This document shows, piece after piece, positions 1 through 10,790 of a stretch of DNA of 64,000 bases. Position 1 is the stretch's first letter. Every line of letters starts with the position of its first letter. The stretch covers positions 2,108,001-2,172,000 of the forward strand of contig NC_087253.1 in the NCBI RefSeq assembly GCF_037042905.1, written 5' to 3'. The position numbers and the translations under genes were made by a program. The notes beneath the pieces were generated by a model, which saw only the letters and a list, made by a program, of their open reading frames with translations, was not told where the DNA came from and made no database searches. Origin of the DNA: Lytechinus pictus (lineage: Eukaryota).

Positions 1-2000
1 GTATTCATCTTTCACATGAAAATATAAAGTAGACAAACAAACACGGAAAGCAGCTTGTTTACAAACACACTTCAATATTCTGTAGTAAACGTAAAATTTG
101 AAATCACCCCCACCTTTGAATTAGCCATCATCACATATACTTTACTGATCAGGATATCACCCATTGCAATTTTGAGGTATCACTGTGACATGTATCGGTA
201 TTAGGTGTATTTCGTCATATCGCAACTTATTCATTCATATATAAAAGAGAGAGAGATGGAAAACTGTCTAGTATTAATAACGATAATAACCATCCGAAAT
301 TATAAGTGCACTGTGGGCATGTTGGGATTTGCATTTTGATTGGCAATTTTAAACTAGTGATCGTTCATATTTTGCGATATATAATTCCACCCCTTCCGTC
401 CTAACTTATCCTCAATCTTTAGCGCGCCGTTTTCATGTCGCACCCTAGCTTATTCCCCCCTCTTTCCCCATCTTATCTACAATTGCCTATTTAGACTCTC
501 TCACATACATGATACATGACATATTTCTTGTACTTATCCCTGACCCTAATTAGCCTAGAAAAAAAAAACACCTTGTCAACCCCTGCAGTGTCTGCCTTAT
601 TTCTAATTCTCTCTCTTTCGTTAATGGAAGAAATGAAGAGAAAGTGTTAGACGCCGGACTCTCTGCATTGATGGCTATATAATGAGTTTTGCTGATTGGT
701 CTTGAGTATGTCCTTCCAAAACTAAGGTGTCGTGTGCGCAATCTCGCCATGGAAAGCTATTGGATGCTTTACCCATTCACTCCGCAAAAAATGAATTAGA
801 AATCAGAGTAAAACACGTGGGCGCAGGATACTAACTAAGGCGCGAAACCAAACACATTGAAGAAAATGCATATCAATAAATAAATAATCAACATAAGAAA
901 TAAGGATTTGGAACTGTAATAGAAATGCCGGTAGTGGAGTTAGGGTAGGGTGATTAGAAATACAGTGCAATAGCGTTTTGTAATCGCATGCCCACCTGCA
1001 AGCATTTATTTTGTAGGCGAACTTGGGAGAACAAATATTATTCCAAACGCAGTAAAATTACTGCCTGGTCCCCAAAATTATTTTCATATAAGAGATATGC
1101 ATTTTTTTTGCTTTTTAATAGAGAGGAAAATTATCTAATGTATATGTTTTACAAACATTAAATAATTATTATATTTAGGATAAGTTTGAAAAGTACAACA
1201 GCTGCTGTATATATAATATACGCAAGGGAGCAATGCTTTTAAATTACCGTTTTCGCTTTACACATAATCTTGTAAGATTGCACGAGTCGATGAAACCGTA
1301 TTAATGCCAAATCAATTCCCGTTTTTGTGCATGTCTGATTTAGCAAAGTAAGAATGGCACGTTGCAATAGATACAAGCTGAAATTTCTCACTCGTTATAA
1401 GAAAATATATTCTCTATAAATGTGGATAATTATTGTTCTTGGTTCGGGAAATTTGAAATAAGAAATGTATGAATTGTGATTTCCGTATAGTGTGTCACTG
1501 CTTGCCATATTGATTTATTTTAATCAATATTCTCTCATTGCACACTCCATATTTCTTTAAAGATGAAACACCAAAGTAATCAAATTCCACCAATCATAAA
1601 ATTAAAAGTCTTCAATCGATCAACAAAATCATTATTTTTGGAAAAAATTAATGTAACTATAATATAAACCCTGATAATAAATGTATTGGAAATGTGGAAA
1701 AAGCAAATGAAAAAAATCAAGATGATTAGTCATGAGTAATGATTTAAAAAAATGATATATTTTAACAAGGAGATTTCATCAATCGCACCTTTTCCTGATA
1801 GCGAACGTGGGCGAGACATATTGGATAAAAGCAAGTATAGTGTTTGCTCAGCGATAGACATTTAATTTGCTTTCATTTTAATGTGTCTAAAAATATCTTT
1901 AACCACTCTCACTCGCTGTTGTTGTAATCTCATAACCTCTTAAATGAGACAGGAATGCGATTGAATTTACCTCCATCCATTAGTAAGGGCGAAGGCTGCG

Positions 2001-2008
2001 TTACGTCA
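2001..2008. promoter_or_regulatory. CRE/ATF-like site (TTACGTCA) upstream of the peptide precursor gene
   Basis: TTACGTCA is followed by AT-rich TATA-like tracts (about 2020-2042). The position fits a promoter for a non-coding first exon. Motif only. Confidence 0.3.
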
Positions 2009-2955
2009 CCGCAGAATCATATTTATTACATTATATTTATATTAATTCAGTGAACAGCGATATGTCACTGCAATGAATGTAAGCGGGAGCATCACTCCTC
2101 CATCAGATCGACGGGGGATGGTTGGGTGTTGCTAAATGTTCATTCGTGAGCTTGAATAAAGTGGATTACTGGCAAGGAAGAAGACAAGCAGCGGATCATA
2201 TTTAAATCAAATCTTGAAATCGATTAGAACATTATATCATTCGAAAGAAAGGTTTTGTGCTATTTATATATTATTTCGCGGAATTCTAGAGTCAGTTATT
2301 ACCTGCGAAAATAGGATTTTCATAATAGGATTTGAAATGTATTCATTATAAAAGATAACATTTAAGCGCACAATAGAGTTTCCTGGAATAAAAAAAGCAG
2401 TCGTTAGAAAGGAATATACATACATACAAACCACTCAACAGTAAACCCCCCGATAAAATGAAATAATAAATGTTATCAACATTGTTAAACAAATTCATAA
2501 ATGATAATTGATTGAACACGTAGCATAAAAATACCAAAATACATAAATATATAAACGAAACGAAATGAGTAAATTCATTTTTTTTATCAATTATGTACGG
2601 ATGGAGTAGGCCTACTGTTTTTGCTCATTCGGCTGTTTTGGATGTACTTTTATGTAAAGTTATTAGGCTATAGTTAAAAAAAAAAAATGTTCTCACTAGC
2701 TCGTATCATGATGTATCCAGCTTGTTTAACTATTTCTCCGTTGGAGATAAGGAATAAGCGGATATTTGATTTATGGATTTATATTGAAATATATTGTTTA
2801 AAAACGACTTTTTCTTTTCATTTATATTTCACACTTATTAGTTCATTTCATATTTTATCAAAGTAATTACGCTACATGTTTCATTTTATTGTATCCCCTT
2901 CTGCAGATATAACCTATTTTCGTACACCCCACTGTACACCACCAATCCACAAATC

Positions 2956-4017
2956 ATGTCATCATCTACGCTATCATCGCAGACGTCATCGACGTCGTCG
3001 TCATCGAGACCGCGGTCATCATGGCTCCAGGTCATATGCTTGACGGTCATCGTGTACATTTTTATTTTCTCTACTGCATGCTGCCAAGCCGTGCCCATCT
3101 GGAAGTCCACCTCACCTCACCAGCTGAGATCAATGAGTGCTAACAAGATCGACGACGATATCGCGACGGCCGCCGGCGGCGGAATCCCGAGTTTGCCGGC
3201 TGGTGACGGCGAGTTCGACAGCCCCGAGTCGATACTGGAGAGATGCATACAGGCTTCAGCGGATGGGGATATTGAGGAGAATGTTTTTGTAAAAACTCTG
3301 TGTACGCTGGCACTAATTCATACCCGACATACTAATGACCAAACAAATCATCAAGGATATGTTAAAAGAGGTGGGTACCATAAACTATTACCATGGTTAC
3401 TGTGTGTTTGGTGAAAGGGCGGGGAAATTGGGATAGGGTAATTCGGCTCCGGTATTTTCTGGTGTTAAAAAGATGTACCTTTGAATACGTGATTTTCAAC
3501 AGACTTGTGTCTTGGCGACATGTGAATTTTCAAACACTGATAATATTAATGTCACGAATATAACTTGTATACATACTTATTAAAGCAGCTAAATAGTTAT
3601 AATCTTCAACTAAAAGAGATCGATAAAAATAGCAATGGCTAAAATTATCATTGCCATTTTTTGCAGCAGGTCCATGACCATCAAAACAAAACAATGTAAC
3701 TTGTACATGTATTAGATTGACCATTGACATCGAACGTAAGGGTGAGAAGTCTGCGTTTTTTGGTTTTCTCTCTCATCATTTATTAATATATTTCCATCCT
3801 TCTTGTCTTCTTTTATTATTCAACAGGTGCCTCATCGGATAGATCTGCCTTTGGCGCGTTTGGTCGGTTTGTGACCCGGTTACGGTTACATGCCGACGAG
3901 GTAGCCGACTACCAAGAAAAACTGAACCGACTACAAGCACTGGGCATACTCGATCCGGATTACAACCTCATATCCGTGCCATCCGAAACAGCGAGTCTGA
4001 TGAAACAACAGGGATAA
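2956..4017 (+). CDS. Putative secreted neuropeptide/peptide-hormone precursor, 201 aa, 2 coding exons (2956-3370, 3827-4017)
   Basis: Acceptor ctgcag at 2901-2906 precedes the ATG. Hydrophobic segment WLQVICLTVIVYIFIFSTACCQA|VP resembles a signal peptide. Exon ends ...GTT AAA AGA G|gtgggt (phase 1) right after Lys-Arg. Pyrimidine-rich acceptor caacag ends at 3826. The spliced frame stays open: GASSDRSAFGAFGRFVTRLRLHADEVADYQEKLNRLQALGILDPDYNLISVPSETASLMKQQG-stop (TAA 4015-4017). Both exons are GC-richer than their flanks. Confidence 0.75.
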
Positions 4018-7000
4018 ATTATCACCTATTGACTAATTGTCCAAAATTTTCTTGTCCCAGTCGTTTTCCAGAGAGAACGCTTTAGCCAGTTTTTCGGTTT
4101 GAATTAAGCTCGACTCACGTTTAAACCGGCCAACTGGAGAACCGCAAATTCGAATGAATTCAACGTAAAATAAAGACTCATCTCCTTGAATTTCAAAGCC
4201 AGTTTCTTTCTTTGATTTGAACAAAGAAAATGCTGTTGCTCAGTTTTTTTTTCCGATGTCAGCCTGTTGATGCATTTTCAAGTCGGACTGATGACAGAGA
4301 AAAGACACCATATCTCAGACTTAGGCAACATTGCTCATAATTTGGGAGAATTAATAACGAAATCGTCAATTATTCAATCGCTTGATCAACTACTTTATTT
4401 TACGAGTATCTCTTCGTATTCAATATGGTGAATGAGTAAACCGATGGGTCTTATGAGAGAGAAGCCTGAACTTTCCCTAGAACTATTGGATTTTATCATG
4501 TTTCATTGTGTAGGCCTAAATATTATGATTCGAAGGACTTCGCTTTTTTTCTTAGCTGGTAAATTAATGTACCCTAAATGGACACATTCCCAATCGCTTG
4601 AGGGTTTTTTTTTGCCAAGAGATCGACTGTCCATTAAACTATTCCAAAAATATTAGGCACTAATCTGCACACCAGATGGCGCTCTTACTAATAATTCAAT
4701 TTGACGATAAATTATTGTCAACGGTCGGAGCGCTTGAATGGACTCTGTGTTCATCAAAACCATTTTCATGAACTGGCTATTTATAGCTCTGGATTGCTTC
4801 TATTTATTTTATGATGTCCAATAGATAATCTCAATTTGCTTTATACTATCATATTTTCTCTTTTCTTATAGATATTTCTTTGTTTTGGCGATAGTGCAAT
4901 ATTACGTATTTATGAAGGTTTTGTATAGTAAAAGTATTCTTTGCGTCTGAAAATATATTTTTTTTGTTAAAGCTATGCGAATACTTGAATTATTTGGTTG
5001 AAAATGTCCGGGTCTAATTGATTTTGATATTAAAAATGACTAGTCTTAACGACCATGAGTAAACCATTCCAAGCTAATATGAGTGGTTGATCATTGTAAT
5101 AATTTTCAGTTACATTACTAATCATGTTCCTGTATCACAGTAATCTATTGAATAAAAATAAACGGTTAAGATTTACCCATATGCTTAAGTTGGATGTCTT
5201 GTATCAAGCAAGCAAATCAAAATGGTCACGGACATTACTATGTACTACTCAATGGCCCCTCCTTGTCCGAATTTGGCATATAATCTTCAGCCAACAATCA
5301 TTAAAAATGGATAGCGTCTTATAAAAAGTCGCACAAACGAGACAAATTATATCCCGTTTTAATTCCATGTAAAGTCGAATGCGTGTGATAAGCATGGTGT
5401 AATTCAATATGTGATGACGTAATGTGTGATGACGTAGGCGATCACATGATAACGAACAGAAGTTATTTTATGTATTAACAAACAAAAGCAAAACAAACGT
5501 CCAAGAAAGTACTACTATATGCACCGTTCTCTGCCGATGATGCACGCTTGTAGCAGTTCTATTTATTTCTCTATAAAATAAATAAAGTACTACGGTTTCA
5601 TTTCTAAAACGTCAACTTGTTATGGAACGTACTTATTGAGCTTTAAAACGATTATAGGCAAAAAAGCTGCAATTAGCACGGATGTATGACAGTATGTCTA
5701 AATAATAATAAATAAATGTCTAAATATTGTGATCAAGCAATTCTTGATGTTTTTGACAGAGTATTTACAAGGAAAACAAACAACTCGTTGGCATGTTTAA
5801 AAAAAATGCAAAAATTCCGTTTTCTATATTACAAACTTCGAGACACTTTGCAAATAATATCGCACTCATTTAGTAAGCCTCCTGTTTTTTTATGTCTCAT
5901 ATCAGAATTCAAACTTATTTGATAGAAGATAAAAACTAATATCAGGGAAGTTATATTCCTCTTTTGAAAAAAAAGTGTAGACTCACTTGTGTTTGCATGT
6001 TAGAATAAACGAAGATATTAATGCGATTACGTTTTTTTTTATCTGAATATACTTTCTATCACACTAAACTGACGATACAATTTTCGAGCAGTTTCTTTGA
6101 CAGAATGATAACGATGACCACTCAATGTGGTTAAAACTCTACTACTTAACAAATTAACTTATATTCTCCTTTAAGTCTCTGTTAAGTATTACGTGGTAAT
6201 GAAATACATTACGTAATAGCTGACAAACTATGCTAACCATATTGAATGGCAATGACCCGGTTATGATATAGTTATGTTAGTATCACTGTAATTGCAATGT
6301 ACATACAAATTATTTTTTATGTGTTTGCTGACTGTTCATAAAGTATAAGAAACATCAGAAGATTTACATTTGAGTCCCAGAAAATGTGTATGGAGTGTGG
6401 TTTCCCTTCTCACTATAGAATTGTAAATAACATAGATGATTATCAACGGAGGGAAAACGACAAGTATTTAACGATCGTAGATGGCGCTGCCAAGCTCTGG
6501 TATTCAACTGTTTCTCAACCAAAATAATGTTATGATGGTTCGTCAAAACGATTTTATATTCACCTTTTAAATGTTGAACAATTAAGGTGCACAAACGTAT
6601 CACCAAAGGGTTATTTATTTCCATGTTATCATCAAGTTATGTAAGTTATGTGATTAAAACTTACACCTACCGTAAAACAACCCAAACCAGTCAATCGTTT
6701 AGTCAGAAAACAATCGGATTGAACATTGCTTTCCTAAAGCTTAATAAAAAAAAAACACGCGGTGCTTTACCAGTTTAGAATCCGTTTAAAATCCATATTT
6801 TTAAAGCCATCGTCACGCCATTGTCGATCGTATCTTTATGTGAGAATTTTGTTTGATGAAGAAAGTCTGAAATAAATTGCATGATCTGAGTAAAATTAAA
6901 GACATATAATTTCTGGATTTTTTGTGTGTGCATGTGTCATGTGCTTGGGTTTGATGCACTTTTGTGTAATGAGTGAATGTCTAGTGTTGAGTTGATCGAT

Positions 7001-7544
7001 GGATTGGAAGGAATTTATTTCGCTTCAAACTTTCAACAATAAGATTACGAAGGAATGCGTAATAAAAGAAAACAAAAGTGGAAGTGGGAGAAGTATAAGA
7101 TGTAGAAAAAGAGGGAAGAGAAAATGGAACCAAGAACAGAATTTGAAGGAGAAGGAATAAAAGGTAAGCCAGGGAAATATCGATATAGAGAGAATGCAAT
7201 CCGTTTGCCAATAAATAAATAAGAGAAAAAGGGAAACACAAAGGGATGTGGAATCGAGAGAGCAAGAGAGAGAGATGGATAGAGAGAGGGGAGGGATAGA
7301 GGAGGGGAGATATCAAGAGGGGGGTTATAAATTAAACATAGACGTAAGAAATCCATAAAACATGTGTTTATAAAACTTGGAGAAAAATATGTATTATTTA
7401 ACAGATTACTTATGGATAAAACGACATTTGGAAATTACTGAACACACTAAAATCTTAGGATTGCAGTGGGGGTCAATTAATACTCCAATTAATACTCCAA
7501 TCTCACAAGTGGTAGTCTTCACTGGATAAGTCTGATAAAATTAA

Positions 7545-8140
7545 AGATCGAGTCCACCCAGAAAAAATGTTGATTTGAATAAATAGAGAATAATCAAACT
7601 AGCATAAAGCTGAAAATTTCATCAAAATCGGATGTAAAATAAGAAAGTTATGACATTCTAAAGTTTTGGTTAATTTCACAAAAATAGTTATATGCATATC
7701 CAGGTCGATATGCAAATGAGGAGACTGATGACGTCATCCATTCACTATTTCTTTTGTATTTTGTTATATGAAATACGAAATATTATAATTTTGTCCTCAT
7801 TGTCAAGTGAAACATCGATGAATTCCTCGCTGAACTGTGGAACTAGCATTGTTTAATTTTATATGGTTCAGTCAAGTTGGTCCTTATTTTCAAATTTGTA
7901 AAAAATGAAATATTGTGTAATTCAAATAATGAAGAACAAAAGAAACAGTGAGTGAGGAAACTCGTCGACTGTCTCATTTGCATATCACTGAGATGTTTAT
8001 ATGACTGTTTTGTGAAAATTAAGCGAAACTTTAAAATGCCCTATATAACTTTGTTATTTTACATCCGATTTTGATTAAACAAATTAGCGTTATGATTCTC
8101 TATTTATTCAAATCAACATTTTCTGGGGTTGACTTGACCT
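7545..8140. mobile_element. Non-autonomous TTAA-flanked DNA transposon (Kolobok-like MITE, family A)
   Basis: TTAA on both sides (7541-7544, 8141-8144). Termini AGATCGAGTCCACCC...GGGGTTGACTTGACCT with long internal inverted repeats. Homologous to copies at 35457 and 51814. Confidence 0.85.
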
Positions 8141-8617
8141 TTAAAAAACCCCAAGATGTTTTGGCGATCACAACAACCAACCTGCGGATAGCCGCTGATC
8201 CTCGAATACCGGGGGAAGAACAACAAAGAAGAAGATCTATATTCAAATTCATTCTTGTCCCCAGTCATTTGGATTAATGTAAGATCTATGAAATGAAGCA
8301 CAAATTATGCTACCATAATTGAATATAATAGAACACGTTAATTACCATATCAAAGTGAAAATAATGAACATAAACCGTTTACTTTTTTCAATCGAAAATC
8401 TACAGATGGCGCTAGACCATTTTTATGTGGTAGAAATATAGACTCGATGAGATCAGGATCATTTCTTTTAACTTTTTAACTTTCAAAGTATTCACCAATT
8501 AACAGAGATGTGCTCGAGGTCGCCGGAGAATACCTTCTCTCACAGATTTTTTTTATGTGACACGGGCCGAGGCCAATACCGGCAAATTGTGGCCTCGATT
8601 GCATCCCTGACAAGTAA

Positions 8618-9100
8618 AGCGGAAGTTCAGCCTAAAAAAAGTTTGTTGTTAAAATAGCAAAAAACTCATTGGTGAAGATTTAAAGAAAATCCGTAACACA
8701 TTAAGAAAGTTATTTATTTCTGACGTCATAAACGAGCAGCTGCCCCATGAGTGAGCAGCTTTTCTACATATCGTAATACTATGAGAAAAAATCAATGAAA
8801 TGTCATTTTTTTGTCAGAAAATTGAAAATGTTTTTTTTATTTTACCTTCAGTATATCAATACACAAATCATTTTACACCAGTTCAGACTAAAAAAGAAAA
8901 TTAAAAACAAGCCATCATGAACCATGACAAATGTGAAATTTATGTATTTCATATGTAACATATGAGTCAGCTGCTCGTTTATGACGTCACAAATCCAAAA
9001 ATTAAAAATTCTCATAGCTTTCTTAATCTTAAGTGGATTTTCCTCAAATCTTCTCCAATAATATTTCACAACATAAATTTCTTCAGGGTGAACTTCCCCT
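8618..9100. mobile_element. Kolobok-like MITE, family C
   Basis: Termini AGCGGAAGTTCAGCCT...AGGGTGAACTTCCCCT. Internal inverted arms TGACGTCATAAACGAGCAGCTG / CAGCTGCTCGTTTATGACGTCA. Flanked by GTAA on both sides. Confidence 0.75.
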
Positions 9101-9835
9101 GTAACATGTCAAATGAGGTCTATTATTTGCTATTTTACCTTGCATCAAATAGATAAACTATGCTTTAATATATTGATACCAACCTTTATGCCTACTTGTT
9201 AAAAATATACCATCATATCACCCATTCCATCACTATTATTGTAAGTAAACATACTTTTAATACTTTATTTTGATATAATTAATGGCAATGTAGGCCTACT
9301 TCTATTAAATAGGCACCGTTAATCATAACAGAGCTATGTTCAATTCACTTCGTATCTCGACGTTAACCCATTAAAAACAACCAACAAACATAAAATATAC
9401 ATGAATACACAAGAATATATATATATATATATAATGCGCATGAAGCGTTGTCGAGAATACATGTTGACATGCTTTTTATGTTTTGCAAACTCTCAGTGAA
9501 ACGGCGTACGTAAAAGTTGAAATGAAATAATGCTTGATGAAAGACTAGTAGGTCAGTTGTTGATAAACAACAACTGACCGAATATATCTCCGCTCAGCTC
9601 CAGTTCTCGTCTTTACTGGAAATGCGTGGTCAGTCTGACCATGTAATAAACTCAATGGTCTGACCTATTGATAATAGTTCAGAAGCATTTTGCAAACAAT
9701 AAACAAGGAGCTCGAATCCGCTGGAATAGGTCAATATTACATACTGGGTACGACTACGACTACGAGTCTTTGTATAGCGTGTTGGACCTGTGCGAACAGT
9801 ATCAGTGATTAGTGAATTTATAACACGCGGTGCAA

Positions 9836-9910
9836 TCAGTATTCCCGTACAGTATTGGATATACACCGTATAGTACTGTCCTGCATTATTTCTGTACGCC
9901 GTGAAATCAG
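9836..9910 (+). other. Candidate non-coding first exon of the BBOX1-like gene
   Basis: Inr-like TCAGT at 9836 and strong donor CAG|GTGAGG at 9910/9911. The BBOX ATG exon starts at an acceptor (tttcccag, about 12860), so an upstream exon is required. Confidence 0.4.
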
Positions 9911-10164
9911 GTGAGGCCCTGTTTTATAATAACACTTGTCAATTTAATACATCGTTCTTTCGTTGCATGTAAACTCGCAATGTATGTATGGTCGTGTGTA
10001 GAGAGAAGCCTTGTTAAACTGCTAAGGGGGTGTGTCTGCAATAAAACACGATGTTATGTAATGTTGGCAACTTGGCATAATATCTGTTACTTAAAAAAAG
10101 TGCACACCGGGTTACCAAGAATGCGAATAGCATTTCCATTTACATGCTGGATAAAAGAGCATTG

Positions 10165-10694
10165 TCAATCGGATAACAAATAACGAAGCCTTTTGTTATT
10201 GAATTTTAAAGTTTATCAATATCTTGTGAAAACAGTTATATGCACATGGTCATGAATATTCATTAGGTGGGCTGATGTTGTCATATCCCCACTTTCCTTT
10301 TTCTTATGTTATTACATGAAATCTTTAATGTTTCATTTTTTCATACATGTGTAAATGATGCGTCTCCATCGAATATTAAGTTACAGCAATAAATAGCTAA
10401 CGCACTTAATCAGTTGTCAATACGATTGTTTTAGTTCTTGGTAGAATTTTTTTGAATAAACCTAAATTTCATAAAATAAACTACAAAAGAACAAGTGGGA
10501 ATATGACATCTTCAGCCCAACTAATGAATATTCATGACGACATGCCTAGAATTGTTTCACCGGGATAATGCACATCTTTAAAATTTAATAACTTCGTTAT
10601 TTGTTATCAGATTTTGATCAAACTTTCAGCATTTTGCTCTGTGAATTTTACTCTATTTACCAAGATATAAATATCTCCAGCATGGACCATCCCT
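10165..10694. mobile_element. Kolobok-like MITE, family B (left end degraded)
   Basis: Right end GGACCATCCCT+TTAA. Inverted arms ATGAATATTCATTAGGTGGGCTGATG / CAGCCCAACTAATGAATATTCAT. Homologous to 48521 and 56303. Confidence 0.8.
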
Positions 10695-10699
10695 TTAAA

Positions 10700-10790
10700 T
10701 GCCTTGCTCACGGGCGCGGGCGATGCACTGGTGCCGCGGACTTTCCAGTCAGGCGCCTCATACCTCAGACCACTCGGCCACGGAACCTCC
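10700..10790 (-). mobile_element. Degraded tRNA-derived SINE head
   Basis: Similar to the copy at 42795-42918 (GCCTTGCTCACGGGC...AGACCACTCGGCCACGG). Confidence 0.65.

Noticed and set aside
3371-3414. C-terminus GYHKLLPWLLCVW of the 152-aa ORF in the track
   Set aside because: Best explained as intron read-through; a phase-matched downstream exon gives a longer coherent ORF.
6981-7356. Hydrophobic 103-111-aa minus-strand ORFs that look like membrane proteins
   Set aside because: They arise from a purine-rich low-complexity tract; no family motif.
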